64,000 nucleotides of DNA from a bacterium (GCA_024275165.1 JAJRZQ010000036.1:16293-80292); one strand, 5' to 3'; counted from the stretch's first letter, positions 38,723-49,918 are shown. Made by a program: numbers and translations. Notes: generated from the sequence alone by a model not told the origin.

Positions 38723-40057
38723 ATGGAATGGCTTAAAAATTCATGGCGACAAAAAAAGGCAGAACAACAACCAGATTGGCCTGAGCCTGCTTTTTTGCAA
38801 CGCGTTTGCGGCGAATTGGAAGCCCTACCCCCTTTAGTCTTTGCCGGAGAGATTCGCACTTTAAAGTCTTACCTTGCCCAGGCGCAAGAAGGAAACGCCT
38901 TTTTGCTCCAGGGAGGGGATTGCGCCGAAGAATTTAAAAACTGCACCGCCCCCACCATTCGCGAAACCCTAAAGGTGATTTTGCAAATGGCGGTAGTGTT
39001 AAGCTTTTCAGGGGAAAAACCCGTCATCAAAATCGGGCGCATCGCGGGCCAATACGCCAAGCCTCGTTCTAGTTCCATTGAAAAAAAAAGCGCAATTGAA
39101 CTCCCCAGTTACCGAGGCGACATCGTCAATGGGGCCGACTTCACCCCAGAGGCCCGCTTACCCGACCCAAACCGCTTAAAAGAGGCCTACTGGCGCAGCG
39201 CCTCCACCTTAAATCTCTTGCGGGCCTTTACCAAAGGCGGCTTTGCCGACCTGCACCGAGTGCATGCCTGGAACCAGGATTTCATCCAAAAAAGCACCGA
39301 GGGGCACCGCTATGAGGAGCTGGCCAAAGCCATTGAAAAGGCCCTGGCTTTTTTAAAGGTCATCGGGATTCAAGACGATCATCCAGAAATCCACGAGGTG
39401 GATTTTTACACCAGTCATGAAGCCTTACTCTTAAACTACGAAGAAGCCTTAACCCGCAAAGACACCATTACGGGAAATTGGTACGACTGTAGCGCGCATA
39501 TGCTGTGGATCGGGGATCGCACCCGCCAGCTCGACGGCGCTCATATCGAGTTCTTGCGCGGAGTCCGCAACCCCATTGGGATGAAAATCGGCCCCAAACA
39601 CGACTTAGATGAGATCAAGCGCATCATCGAGCGGCTCAATCCAAACAATGAAGGAGGCCGTATCACCCTGATCACTCGCTTTGGCGCCGATCAGGTGGAC
39701 CGACACCTCCCCCCCTTGGCGCGCGAAATCACCCGATCCGGCTTCAAGGTACTCTGGAGTTGCGACCCCATGCACGGCAATACCTATCTTTCATCCAGCA
39801 ATTACAAAAGCCGTAAATTCACCAGCATCATCAACGAAATCTTACGCTTTTTTGAGGTTCACCGGGCCGAGGGCACCGTACCCGGCGGGGTTCACCTTGA
39901 ATTGACGGGGCTGGATGTAACCGAATGCACCGGCGGGGCCCAGCAAATTGAAGATCACCACCTAGAAAACAACTACGCCACCAACTGCGACCCTCGGCTC
40001 AACGCCCAGCAAGCTCTAGAATTGGCCTTTTTGATTTCCGATAAGCTTAAAGGATAA
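38723..40057 (+). CDS. Class II DAHP synthase
   Basis: QGGDCAE, GRIAGQYAKPRS, LWIGDRTRQ, CDPMHGNT, CDPRLN. Confidence 0.96.
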   Translation: MEWLKNSWRQKKAEQQPDWPEPAFLQRVCGELEALPPLVFAGEIRTLKSYLAQAQEGNAFLLQGGDCAEEFKNCTAPTIRETLKVILQMAVVLSFSGEKPVIKIGRIAGQYAKPRSSSIEKKSAIELPSYRGDIVNGADFTPEARLPDPNRLKEAYWRSASTLNLLRAFTKGGFADLHRVHAWNQDFIQKSTEGHRYEELAKAIEKALAFLKVIGIQDDHPEIHEVDFYTSHEALLLNYEEALTRKDTITGNWYDCSAHMLWIGDRTRQLDGAHIEFLRGVRNPIGMKIGPKHDLDEIKRIIERLNPNNEGGRITLITRFGADQVDRHLPPLAREITRSGFKVLWSCDPMHGNTYLSSSNYKSRKFTSIINEILRFFEVHRAEGTVPGGVHLELTGLDVTECTGGAQQIEDHHLENNYATNCDPRLNAQQALELAFLISDKLKG

Positions 40058-40060
40058 CTG

Positions 40061-40840
40061 GTGAAACCGATTACCCTGCCCCAACTCACCGCCATGAAAG
40101 GGGTGACCGCCCAAGTTTGGGCCACCGCCTATGACGCCTGGATGGCTAAAATTCTAGACGAGGTCGTTGAGGTGATCTTGGTGGGCGACTCCTTGGGAAT
40201 GGTGGTGCAGGGAAAAGAAAACACCCTGCCTGTTACTCTCGATGAGATGATCTATCATACTCAAATGGTCCAACGAAATTGCCAGCGGGCCTTTTTAGTC
40301 ACCGACCTCCCCTTTTTGAGCTATCAAACCAGCCCCCAAGAAGCGATTCGCTCAGCGGGCCGGGTCTTAAAAGAAGCGGGTGCCCAGGCAGTGAAACTCG
40401 AAGGGGGAAAAGAAATGGCAGAGACCATTCACGCCTTGACCCGGGTAGGGATTCCCGTGGTGGGGCATTTGGGGATGACTCCGCAATCGGTTCATGCCTT
40501 TGGCGGTTTTGGCAAGCAAGCCAAGGACAGCCAAGGAGCTAAACGGCTTTTGGAAGATGCCCAAGACATTTGCGCTGCCGGGGCCTTTGCTTTTGTTTTG
40601 GAAAATATCCCCCACGACTTGGCCCAACAGGTTACCCGAGCCGTCCCCGCCTTGACCATCGGCATCGGGGCCGGAGGCGATACCGATGGCCAGGTCCAAG
40701 TCTTTCACGATCTTTTTGGACTCTATGAGGACTTCACCCCCCGCCACGCCGTGAAGTTCGGTGAACTGGGAAAAGAAATGAAACAAATGGCGCAAAACTA
40801 CGCGCTTGCCGTGCGGGAAAAAAAATTAATCAGCCCTTAG
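40061..40840 (+). CDS. panB: 3-methyl-2-oxobutanoate hydroxymethyltransferase
   Basis: TAYD, LVGDSLGM, VKLEGG, GHLGMTPQ, IGIGAG, DGQVQV. Confidence 0.96.
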   Translation: MKPITLPQLTAMKGVTAQVWATAYDAWMAKILDEVVEVILVGDSLGMVVQGKENTLPVTLDEMIYHTQMVQRNCQRAFLVTDLPFLSYQTSPQEAIRSAGRVLKEAGAQAVKLEGGKEMAETIHALTRVGIPVVGHLGMTPQSVHAFGGFGKQAKDSQGAKRLLEDAQDICAAGAFAFVLENIPHDLAQQVTRAVPALTIGIGAGGDTDGQVQVFHDLFGLYEDFTPRHAVKFGELGKEMKQMAQNYALAVREKKLISP

Positions 40841-41375
40841 ATTGAACTTCCGAATCTAAAAAGACGCGGCTTCCCGTGGCTTTTTTCTGCCCTTGATACT
40901 TCCCCTGGTAGGGATTTAAGGCCGCTTGATCCATCTCTGCGAGGACTAATTGACAAATCCGCCGCCCCGCGTCCAATTTAAGAGGTAGGTTGTTGGCATT
41001 AAAAAGCTCCAGCGTAATCTCCCCTTCAAAACCGGGGTCTACCCAACCGGCATTTTGAATAAACAACCCCATTCGCCCAATGGAGCTGCGACCCTCCACA
41101 AAGGCGGTGAGGTTGTTGGGCAGTTTGATGTATTCCTTGGTGGTGGCTAAAATGAACTGCCTCGGCGGCAAGATGAGGCAAGCCATCTCCAACTTTTCGT
41201 ATTGGGGAGGCGTGTCTAGGTTTAAATGGGTCAGGTTATGCTCGTCTACCTTGGCGTAGCTGGTTCCCAACCGAAGGTCGATGCTGGCGGGTTGGAGCTG
41301 CTGCTGCTCCAAGGGAGTCACCGCGAGGTCGCCGCAGGCGAGTAATTCTTTGATGCGCTTATCTGATAAAATCAT
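40830..41375 (-). CDS. dcd: dCTP deaminase
   Basis: MILSD, QPASIDLRLG, EGRSSIGR, AGWVDPGFEGEITLE, YQGKYQGQ. Confidence 0.95.
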   Translation of the reverse strand: MILSDKRIKELLACGDLAVTPLEQQQLQPASIDLRLGTSYAKVDEHNLTHLNLDTPPQYEKLEMACLILPPRQFILATTKEYIKLPNNLTAFVEGRSSIGRMGLFIQNAGWVDPGFEGEITLELFNANNLPLKLDAGRRICQLVLAEMDQAALNPYQGKYQGQKKATGSRVFLDSEVQSKG

Positions 41376-41462
41376 AGTTTTTCTCTGGGTAGGGGCTTTA
41401 AAGACTATAAAACCCGACCCGTTTCGGCAAGAACGAATCCAACCCTCTAAACAGCAATTTTT

Positions 41463-42608
41463 ATGAGTTCTTTTGAGTTTCACTTAACCCATACCGACCC
41501 CAGCGGCGCCCGGCGCGGCGAGTTCACCACCCCCCACGGCAAGGTGCAAACCCCCATTTTTATGCCCGTGGGCACGGCCGCGGCCATGAAGGCCATCACT
41601 CCAGCGCAATTGAGCGAAGCAGGCGGCCAAATCCTGCTTGCAAACGCCTATCATTTAGCCAACCGGCCCGGCCCGGACTTGATTGAAAAACTCGGTGGCC
41701 TGCATGGGTTTATGGGGTGGGAAGGGCCGATTTTGACCGATTCGGGGGGCTACCAGGTGTTTAGCCTAAAGACCCGTCAAGTGGATGAAGAGGGGGTCAC
41801 CTTCAGCTATCACAAGGGAGGGGCGCCCGCGCGCCTTACCCCGAGCAGCAGCATGAACATTCAAGAACGGCTCGGCGCCGATATCATCATGGCCTTTGAC
41901 GAGTGTGTGGAATTTCCCACCACCCATGCCTATGCCAAAGAAGCCCTCAAGCGCACCACAAAATGGGCAAAAATCTGCAAATCCGTACACCAACGAAAGG
42001 ATCAGGCCCTTTTTGGCATCTCCCAGGGGGCTCTTTTTGAAGACCTGCGCAAACAAAGCCTGGCCGAACTCCAAGAGATCGACTTTCCCGGTTATGCCAT
42101 CGGCGGTTTGAGTGTCGGGGAGGGGCTCGACAACATGAACCGCGCCTTGGATTTCATCACCCCCTTGATGCCCATGGATAAACCCCGTTATCTCATGGGG
42201 ATCGGCCTCCCTGAAGACATGTTGGAAGCCATTGAGCGGGGAGTGGATATGATGGATTGCGTGATCCCCACAAAATTTGCCCGCTCCGGGGTACTCTTTA
42301 CCCATGCGGGGCGGATTCGGGTTACCAATGGGGAGTTTCGCAAAGATAAATTCCCCCCCGATACCCATTGCCGCTGCTATACCTGTTCCCACTTCAGCCG
42401 CGCCTACCTGCATCACCTCTTTGCCGCCAACGAGGTCTTGAGCGCGACCTTGACCAGCATCCACAACCTGCATTTTTACCTCGGCTTGATGCGACAAGCG
42501 AGAACCGCCATTGAAGAAGGGCGATACCTAAGCTTTAAAGCGGATTTTTATGCTTTATACTTTCGCAAAGAGAGGAAAAAATCCCCCAGCCGCAGCAAAG
42601 GGAAATGA
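41463..42608 (+). CDS. tgt: Queuine tRNA-ribosyltransferase
   Basis: TPIFMPVGT, LTDSGGYQVFSL, FDEC, PRYLMGIG, CRCYTC, HNL. Confidence 0.96.
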   Translation: MSSFEFHLTHTDPSGARRGEFTTPHGKVQTPIFMPVGTAAAMKAITPAQLSEAGGQILLANAYHLANRPGPDLIEKLGGLHGFMGWEGPILTDSGGYQVFSLKTRQVDEEGVTFSYHKGGAPARLTPSSSMNIQERLGADIIMAFDECVEFPTTHAYAKEALKRTTKWAKICKSVHQRKDQALFGISQGALFEDLRKQSLAELQEIDFPGYAIGGLSVGEGLDNMNRALDFITPLMPMDKPRYLMGIGLPEDMLEAIERGVDMMDCVIPTKFARSGVLFTHAGRIRVTNGEFRKDKFPPDTHCRCYTCSHFSRAYLHHLFAANEVLSATLTSIHNLHFYLGLMRQARTAIEEGRYLSFKADFYALYFRKERKKSPSRSKGK

Positions 42609-44707
42609 AACTTACCGCCAAAAATGTGGTCGCCTGCCTACAAGCCTTCCCCCAAGGGCTAAGCGCCAAGGAACTCTTAAAGGCCTTAGGGCAAAGCCAA
42701 GCAAAAAAAAACCAATTGCGGGGAATCTTGCGAGGCTTGAGCGGAGGCCGACTGATCGTCAAAGAAAAAGATCGCTATCAACTAACGGGGAAGCCGCTCA
42801 AGGAAAAAAAGCGCCCCCGCCAAAGAGAAGGCGATCTCAAAGGGCAGGCCGCCCAGCTCGACCAGAGAGGGGTCCTCTTTTGGCAGGGAGATACTCCCAT
42901 GCTGTGGCCCTTAGGCAAATTGGAACCCTTTGCCGTTTCCAAAAAACAAGCGGGCCTAAGCGACTTGATTCCCGGCGATGAGGTGCGCTTTGAGCCCAAG
43001 GTCCGCGGGGGAGCCTACAACCTCAAGCCCCTCTCTCGCAAATTAGAGGCGGTTCAGGCCAAGCTTTTTTGCCAAAGGGAACAAATGTGGGGCCAACCTC
43101 TTTGTTCCGGGCTCCCCGCCCTCGCCTTAAGCGGCTTGCCTTTTGACCCTCACCTTGAGGGCCGCTTTGCCTTGATCAGCGCCCTAGACCTGCCTCAAAA
43201 GGCCAAGGTCTTAAGGGTGTTGCCTCACAACCCCAGCTACGAAGAGCTCTACCAAGATATTTTCACCGACTTCGGGCTGACCCTTCCCTTCCCCGCTGAA
43301 GCGCTAAAAGAGGCGGCGTCTTACCCGGAGCGGGCCCCCCTGGAAGAAGGCCGTAAAGACTTGCGCCACCTTGATTTGGTAACCATCGATGGGGAGGACG
43401 CGAAAGACTATGACGACGCGATCTTCGTGAGCCCAGAAGGGGAAAACTACCGGCTCTTCGTGGCCATTGCCGATGTGGCGCATTTCGTCCGCCCCGGCAC
43501 TCCCTTGGATCAAGAGGCGCAACGGCGCTCTACCAGTGTCTACTTGCCCGGCTATGTCATCCCCATGTTGCCTGAGGCCCTAAGCAACGGGCTTTGCAGC
43601 CTGCAAGCGGGAAAGGACCGCTTGAGCCTCACCTGCGAAATGCTCATAGACCCTCAAGGGAGCGCTCTCGAGTTTCAAGTCTATGAAGCGGTGATCCAGG
43701 TGCGCCAACGCCTGACCTATGACCAACTCGATCACTTTTTTCAAGGCAAGGAAACTCAAGGCCTCGCCCCTTCTTTGCCCGAGATGCTGACCCAAGCGGG
43801 TCAGCTCGCGCAGATCTTGCAAAAAAAACGCGCTCAAAGAGGGGCGATCCAATTCTCTTTGCCCGATTCCCGCTTTTTCTTTACCCCCGAGGGGCAAATC
43901 CAAACCGTAGTTAAAACCCGGCAAACGGTTTCCCAAAAACTGATCGAGCAGTTCATGCTCGAGGCCAATGAATCCGTGGGCAAGCTGGTCGATCAAGAGG
44001 GATTGTCCATTCTCTGGCGCAATCACCCCGACCCCCTCCCCGAAAAAATGCGGGCTCTACGCGAAATGCTCCACAACGAAGGGGTTCGCCTCGCCCACCT
44101 GAAATCGGGCAAGGACTATAACGAAGTCTTAAAACGGGTTTTAGGGAGCCACAAACAAGAATACATCGAATATCATCTTTTGCGCAGTCTCTCTTTGGCT
44201 CTCTATGAATCGCAACGCTTACACCACTTCGGGCTGGCGGCAAGCCATTATCTGCATTTTACCAGCCCCATCCGCCGCTACCCCGACTTAGTGGTACACC
44301 GTGCCTTCAAGGCTTGGCTTAAGGGGCAAAAACCCTGGAAAACACCTTACTGGCTGGGCCAACAGGCCAGTGACCGAGAGCGCAACGCCCAAAAGGCGGA
44401 GCGCGATGCCAACCGCCTGCAAAAAATGATCTTAATGGCGGACCGGATTGGCGAAGTTTTTACCGGCAAACTCAGCGGATTGCATCAAGCGGGGATTTGG
44501 ATCGAACTGAGCGACCCCTTTGTCGAGGGGTTTATCCCCTACGCGGCCATTCCCGATGATCATTACCACTTTGAGGAACGCCAATTCAAGGCCTATGGTC
44601 GTTCCACAAAGCGAGTCTTGGCGGTGGGGCAGGCGGTGCAAGTGCTTTTAAACGGCTTAGACCCAAGAAATCGTTCTTTAAACTTTCTTTGGCTCACCTG
44701 GAAATAA
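42605..44707 (+). CDS. rnr: RNase R / RNB family exoribonuclease
   Basis: TIDGEDAKDYDDA, IADV, HFTSPIRRYPDLVVHR, C-terminal S1 domain. Confidence 0.92.
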   Translation: MKLTAKNVVACLQAFPQGLSAKELLKALGQSQAKKNQLRGILRGLSGGRLIVKEKDRYQLTGKPLKEKKRPRQREGDLKGQAAQLDQRGVLFWQGDTPMLWPLGKLEPFAVSKKQAGLSDLIPGDEVRFEPKVRGGAYNLKPLSRKLEAVQAKLFCQREQMWGQPLCSGLPALALSGLPFDPHLEGRFALISALDLPQKAKVLRVLPHNPSYEELYQDIFTDFGLTLPFPAEALKEAASYPERAPLEEGRKDLRHLDLVTIDGEDAKDYDDAIFVSPEGENYRLFVAIADVAHFVRPGTPLDQEAQRRSTSVYLPGYVIPMLPEALSNGLCSLQAGKDRLSLTCEMLIDPQGSALEFQVYEAVIQVRQRLTYDQLDHFFQGKETQGLAPSLPEMLTQAGQLAQILQKKRAQRGAIQFSLPDSRFFFTPEGQIQTVVKTRQTVSQKLIEQFMLEANESVGKLVDQEGLSILWRNHPDPLPEKMRALREMLHNEGVRLAHLKSGKDYNEVLKRVLGSHKQEYIEYHLLRSLSLALYESQRLHHFGLAASHYLHFTSPIRRYPDLVVHRAFKAWLKGQKPWKTPYWLGQQASDRERNAQKAERDANRLQKMILMADRIGEVFTGKLSGLHQAGIWIELSDPFVEGFIPYAAIPDDHYHFEERQFKAYGRSTKRVLAVGQAVQVLLNGLDPRNRSLNFLWLTWK

Positions 44708-45217
44708 GGAGCCTTTGAAAAATTCCCCCAACAAACCCATTTCTGTCGGATTTGATAAATTCAGCTAGGTAGCCCCTATTTTTTTATTTTTGAGAGGGAT
44801 TTTCTCTCAACTCCCGTTTCTACGGAGTTTTGCCTGTTTTTAGCCTTAACGAGATTGTGCAGGCCAAAGAGCAGGCAAAGTTGCCCTAGGTTTTTCTCTA
44901 AGCCCCGGTATTTGACTTTGCGATAGCCCCATTGATATTTTAGTACTTGGAAAGGATACTCTACTTTTGCCCTGGTACTACTTCAATAGCGATTCCACAA
45001 CTCCTGAGGTGTCTTCAGCTTTTGTCCTCTGGTGGCTTTTTCCAAAACCGCCCGGAAACCTCCAAGCTTTTCAAACTCTTGCTTTTTTGTCTCATTGATT
45101 ATCCCCATAAATCGCCTGTTCCTCGCTATGCAGAAGGCTTTTAAACTGGCTGCTGTCATGATCTTTCGCTGTCGTAGCGGTTACACTGTGGACTAATCCG
45201 CTATTGGCATCCACCCC
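44708..45217 (-). mobile_element. IS5-family remnant (transposase 3' half with stops/frameshifts, plus one TIR)
   Basis: GVDANSGLVHSV...HD...YGD and, in another frame, RAKVEYPFQVLKYQWGYRKVKYRGLEKN...LFGLHNL; end GGAGCCTTTGAAAAATTCC abuts the rnr stop. Confidence 0.88.
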
Positions 45218-45227
45218 GGACAGGCTC

Positions 45228-46016
45228 TCAAGGAACCACATTAATAACCTGATTTGTTCCGCTGGCATCATCAACATCATCCAAATCTACAGTGTATGGC
45301 TTAGATGGGTCGAAACCAGCTGCATCAGAAAGCACCACCCATACGGTTTCTACCTTAAATGTTGTGCAGGTGGAGGAAGATCCAGACTCAACATAGCCGT
45401 TGTACAACGAACTTGGAAGATCGGAAATACTACCAGCAACTTCGATGGTTTTTTGATTTCCAGCTTGAATAAGGGAGTCTGATAAATTGCAGATAAACGC
45501 ACCAACAGCCACCGGAGTGAACTTGATTTTAAACCCTTTGGTATAGGGGGATATTGTCACTGTTGACTCTTTGTTTCCCGAAACATCATAACCAATTACT
45601 ACAATATCTTGACCGCCAGAAGGGGAACCTATTGTCGATATTGTTGGAGCAGATTCTTCAACCGCTACGGAATAAAAGGTGGAAGAGTCATCTTCAGCAG
45701 TCACCGTATAAAAAGGTAAAAAGCTAAAGTCGTTTGCAGTCACGCCACTTACCTGCGCGACCCCTCCATGAGTTACCGATTTTCCGTTATGTGTAAAACT
45801 CGCAACGAGAGAGCTTCTACTTGTACCATACGGCACCGAAGCAGTTATGTTGGTCCCTGATATCGTAGCGGCAACATCGGAGGAAAGAGCCGAGTTAGTC
45901 GCCGCTAAAAAAGAAAATGAAGTAAATTCACTTGTACTTTTAAGTGCTGCTTTACATCCGGCTAAAACCAAAAAAAACAGCAAAAGGGAAACTGTGAATG
46001 ATTTAGTCATTTTCAT
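45228..46016 (-). CDS. Ser/Thr-rich surface lipoprotein (Ig-like, DUF5018-like)
   Basis: Lipobox LAGC; ITASVPYGTSRSSLVASF...QVSGVTANDFS..YTVTAED. Confidence 0.8.
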   Translation of the reverse strand: MKMTKSFTVSLLLFFLVLAGCKAALKSTSEFTSFSFLAATNSALSSDVAATISGTNITASVPYGTSRSSLVASFTHNGKSVTHGGVAQVSGVTANDFSFLPFYTVTAEDDSSTFYSVAVEESAPTISTIGSPSGGQDIVVIGYDVSGNKESTVTISPYTKGFKIKFTPVAVGAFICNLSDSLIQAGNQKTIEVAGSISDLPSSLYNGYVESGSSSTCTTFKVETVWVVLSDAAGFDPSKPYTVDLDDVDDASGTNQVINVVP

Positions 46017-46086
46017 GGTTACCTCAAAATTGTTTGTTGATCTGTTAAGAGCCTGTCCAATAAACTATTTTAGCACAAGAAAAATT

Positions 46087-46650
46087 TGTGATGCTCCGGT
46101 TTGTCTGGACAACCTGAGACCAGTTCTAAGCTCTGATCTTTGTTAAATTGAGGCCTCAGACAGCCTCGATGATTCCCGCGACCCCCATATACTTCATCAG
46201 GGGTATTCCCTCCATGAGTCTGGTGAGGGCGTTCTTGATTATAAAACTCAAACCAGGATTTCAGACCCTTTCTCAGGTCACTGACACCCTCAAAGGTATG
46301 CAGGTACAGGTATTGGTATTTCACAGTCCACCATAAGCGTTCAATGAAAATGTTGTCTTGGTACCACCCCCGGCCATCCATGCTGATACGGATATCGTTT
46401 TGTTTCAGCAGATTGATAAATTCCAGGCTCGTAAACTGAGCACCCTGATCCGTGTTGAATATCTCAGGTGTACCATGTTTCTGAATCGCCCCTTTTAAGG
46501 CCTCAACGCAAAAATCAGTATCCAGGCTGTTGGAGACTCGCCAAGCCAAAACCTGACGGCTGTACCCGTTCATAATGGCCACCAAGTACATGAAACCCCT
46601 TGCCATGGGTACATGTGATATCCGTTGCCCAAACCTGATTGGGCGATCAG
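46087..46650 (-). mobile_element. IS3-family remnant (OrfB integrase core and right end)
   Basis: Degenerate DRPNQVWATDIT, then GFMYLVAIM, FNTDQGAQFTS, DNIFIERLW, YNQERPH; end reads ...GACAAACCGGAGCATCACA-3'. Confidence 0.88.
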
Positions 46651-46823
46651 TCTCGGGCCTTGTCGGATCTACTCAAATCCTGGGAGCGAATTTGCGCTTT
46701 AAAAACCAAGCAAAAGGTGGCGCCCGTTCCACCACAAGGTTGTATCCCCCCTTTATTTTAAAGGCGATCTCCCGCTTGCTCTATCCGAAAGGGATTCGGA
46801 TTGCATGCCCCCTTCATGAAGGC

Positions 46824-46855
46824 AAAAAAAACCCCCGCTCAAGGCGGGGGTTTTT
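46824..46855. terminator. Bidirectional intrinsic terminator after fusA
   Basis: A8-CCCCCGC-tcaag-GCGGGGG-T5. Confidence 0.85.
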
Positions 46856-46898
46856 AACAGAAAAAGAAATTTCTCGCCAATGTAGGGGTTGTTTCAAC

Positions 46899-48995
46899 CT
46901 ACTCGTCTTTGGCCAGTTTATCCCTGCGAGCGGCAATCACCTCTTCTTGCACATTGCGGGGGCAAGCGGCATAAGATTCAAATTCCATGGAGAAGGTCGC
47001 CTTGCCTTGGGTCGCGCTACGCAAACTCGTAGAATAACCAAACATTTCCGACAGGGGAACCGAGGCGTTGATGACGGTCATGTCTTCTCGTACTTCAGAG
47101 CCGGCGATAATCCCCCGACGGCTGGAAAGGTCGCCGATGACAGCGCCCTGAAACTCAGCCGGGGTTTCGACCTCGACTTTCATCATCGGTTCTAAGAGTT
47201 GGGGCCCCGCTTGGGCAATGGCCTGCTTCATCGCCTGACGAGAACAGATGCGAAAGGCCATGTCGGAAGAATCCACATCGTGGTATTTCCCGTCATTTAA
47301 ATTGATCTTAATGCCCACCATGGGAAAAGCCCCCAAGGGCCCCTTGTTCATCACATCTTTAAAACCCATCTCGCAGGCGTTGATAAATTCGCTCGGGATG
47401 TTGCCGCCCTTGACCTTATTGTTGAATTCAAAGGTGGGGCTCCCTTCGGTTTCATACTCTAAAGGCTCGATGCTGCCGATAACACAAGCGTATTGGCCCG
47501 AACCCCCGGTTTGTTTTTTATGGGTGTAGTCGAACTTGGATTGACGAGTGATCGCCTCGCGGTAGTTGACCTGAGGGGCGCCGACCTCGACTGGAACCTT
47601 GTATTCTCGTTGCATCCGTTCGATATAAATCTCGAGGTGCAATTCCCCCATACCTGAGATAATCGTCTCCCCCGATTCTTCCGCGGTTTTGACATGAAAG
47701 GTAGGGTCTTCTTTAATAAAGCGGCTTAAGGCTTTGGAAAAACGGGTGGTGGCCGCGGCGTCGGTACAGGTCACCGCCAAGCTGATCACGGGAATGGGAA
47801 CAAAAATTTTCTCTAAGGAGACATTGATCGACTCTTCGCAGAAGGTATCCCCGGAAGCGCAATCCACCCCGATCATGGCGATGATATCCCCTGCTTCGGC
47901 TTTATCAATGTTTTCCCGGTCATTGGCATGCATCCGCACAAGCCGCCCCACACGGAGCTTTTTGCCTGTACGGGAGTTGTAAATGGTGGTCCCCTTTTCT
48001 AAAACCCCTTGATAGATACGGGTATAGGTCAACTGACCAAATTGCTCATCCGTAATTTTAAAGGCCATACAGACTAAGGGCTTTTTGGCATTGGCCTCAA
48101 TCAATACTTCTTCACCGGTTTCCACCTGCGTGGCCCGGGCAGGGGCCGCCTGGGTGGGACTGGGCAAGTACTGTAAAACCGCGTCTAAAAGAGGCTGCAC
48201 CGCTTTGTTTTTAAAAGCGCTACCCATATAAACCGGAACCAGTTTAAGGCTATTGACCCCGTTCCAAACCGCGCGGTGAATAGCCTCTGTACTGATTTCC
48301 TTTTCTTCCAACAGGTCTTCCATCAATTGATCATCAAACATGGAAAGGGCATCGAGCATCTCTTGGCGCTTTTCAGCGGCCTGCTCTTTCATGTCTGCTG
48401 GAATTTCTTTCACAATGACCTCGTCACCTCGCTCGCCATCGTTATAATAGGCTTGCATGGCAACCAAATCGACCACCCCTTCAAACCCATCTTCTTGACC
48501 AATGGGAAGTTGCATGGGGACGGCGTTCAAGTTGAGTTTTTCTTTTAAATCCCGAACCCCTTTCCAGGGATCGGCACCCATGCGATCCATTTTATTGATG
48601 AAGCACAGGCGAGGCACGCGGTAGCGCTTCATCTGGCGGTCCACCGTAATGGACTGGCTTTGGACCCCGGCAACGGCGCACAAGATGATGATGGCCCCAT
48701 CTAAAACACGCAGACTGCGTTCAACCTCTACGGTAAAATCAACATGGCCTGGAGTGTCGATAATGTTGACTTTATGATCTTTCCAATAAACGGTGGTAGA
48801 GGCGGAGGTAATGGTAATGCCTTTTTCCTTCTCTAGTTCCATGTGGTCCATGGTCGCACCAGAGCCGCCACCGCGGACTTCTTCGATTTTATGGATCTTG
48901 CCGGCGTAATAGAGGATGCGTTCGGTTAAGGTTGTCTTTCCGCTGTCGATATGCGCGGAAATACCGATATTACGAGTTAAATCAATCTCTTTCAT
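46899..48995 (-). CDS. fusA: Elongation factor G (stand-alone copy)
   Basis: [38 protein letters not shown]. Confidence 0.96.
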   Translation of the reverse strand: MKEIDLTRNIGISAHIDSGKTTLTERILYYAGKIHKIEEVRGGGSGATMDHMELEKEKGITITSASTTVYWKDHKVNIIDTPGHVDFTVEVERSLRVLDGAIIILCAVAGVQSQSITVDRQMKRYRVPRLCFINKMDRMGADPWKGVRDLKEKLNLNAVPMQLPIGQEDGFEGVVDLVAMQAYYNDGERGDEVIVKEIPADMKEQAAEKRQEMLDALSMFDDQLMEDLLEEKEISTEAIHRAVWNGVNSLKLVPVYMGSAFKNKAVQPLLDAVLQYLPSPTQAAPARATQVETGEEVLIEANAKKPLVCMAFKITDEQFGQLTYTRIYQGVLEKGTTIYNSRTGKKLRVGRLVRMHANDRENIDKAEAGDIIAMIGVDCASGDTFCEESINVSLEKIFVPIPVISLAVTCTDAAATTRFSKALSRFIKEDPTFHVKTAEESGETIISGMGELHLEIYIERMQREYKVPVEVGAPQVNYREAITRQSKFDYTHKKQTGGSGQYACVIGSIEPLEYETEGSPTFEFNNKVKGGNIPSEFINACEMGFKDVMNKGPLGAFPMVGIKINLNDGKYHDVDSSDMAFRICSRQAMKQAIAQAGPQLLEPMMKVEVETPAEFQGAVIGDLSSRRGIIAGSEVREDMTVINASVPLSEMFGYSTSLRSATQGKATFSMEFESYAACPRNVQEEVIAARRDKLAKDE

Positions 48996-49057
48996 CGTTA
49001 GGAGTTTCCTATTAGTCCAGGTAATTGGCGGGGCGTGCCCATGGGTGAAAATTAGCC

Positions 49058-49086
49058 ATTATAGGTAGGGAGCCAGGAGTTGTCTA
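49058..49086 (-). promoter_or_regulatory. Sigma70 promoter of fusA
   Basis: TAGACA-17-TATAAT. Confidence 0.7.
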
Positions 49087-49099
49087 TCCTTTTTTACAA

Positions 49100-49894
49100 T
49101 CAAGCGGGCAGAATGCGCAAAGGAGCGGTGGTAGCGAGTTTCCCCAATTTTTTCATCTCTTCCATAAAGCGCAGCAACCCCTGTTGAAAAAAATCATCCA
49201 AGCCGTAATGCAGGTTTTGCAAATAGGCCAAACAATCCGACTCCCTTAAAAAAGCTTGGCCATAATGCTTAGCGGCCATCTCCGAAAATAAAGAACGGGC
49301 AAGAGCCTTCGATTCCAAAAGCCCGCGGTGAATGAGGTGTACCTCTGCGGCGTGGGATTGGTACACCTCTTCGCGCACCACCCACAAGGCAAAAACAAAA
49401 GGCAGGCCGGTTTGCCGCTGCCACAATTCACCTAAGTCGTACACAAAGGCATCCTGTTGGCTGTAAAACCTTCGTATGGCTTCATCGGCGATGAGCAAAA
49501 AGGCCCGGGTCGGGCTTTCTGTGTGGAAGCGATATTGAGGGCGTAAATCTTTTAAAAGATACTGCACCAAATTGACACTGGTTAAGGAATGGGCGGTGAG
49601 CCCGATCTCTTGTCCGGCCAATGCCTCTAAAGGGACTTGACTAAAAAGATAGATGGAGCGCACCGGGCCAAAACAACTGACCCCCAAATCGGGCAAGATA
49701 CGGTATTGCTCTGGGTTTTGCAGGTATTCAAAGGAGCTGACGACACTCAGGTCCAAGAAACCCTGATTGAGTTTCTCATTAAGCTCTGTTACTCTACCCT
49801 CGATCAACTCGCATTGAAGCTTCACCTTCCCTTCTAGAATCCCAAAGTGAATCGGCAAGGTATTTAAAACTTTCATCACTCCGAGTCGAAGCAT
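49100..49894 (-). CDS. mqnA: Chorismate dehydratase (futalosine menaquinone pathway)
   Basis: LNTLP, GPVRSI, SLTS, IADEA, DLGELW..TGLPFVFALW. Confidence 0.88.
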   Translation of the reverse strand: MLRLGVMKVLNTLPIHFGILEGKVKLQCELIEGRVTELNEKLNQGFLDLSVVSSFEYLQNPEQYRILPDLGVSCFGPVRSIYLFSQVPLEALAGQEIGLTAHSLTSVNLVQYLLKDLRPQYRFHTESPTRAFLLIADEAIRRFYSQQDAFVYDLGELWQRQTGLPFVFALWVVREEVYQSHAAEVHLIHRGLLESKALARSLFSEMAAKHYGQAFLRESDCLAYLQNLHYGLDDFFQQGLLRFMEEMKKLGKLATTAPLRILPA

Positions 49895-49918
49895 TTTTTC
49901 TCCTTCAAAAAACCATCC

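Noticed and set aside
41766..42497. Long antisense ORF (and similar ones such as 4106..4702)
   Set aside because: Shadow frames of well-supported genes with no recognisable motifs
45228..46058. Integron gene cassette
   Set aside because: No attC (RYYYAAC...GTTRRRY) and no integrase; boundaries resemble IS ends
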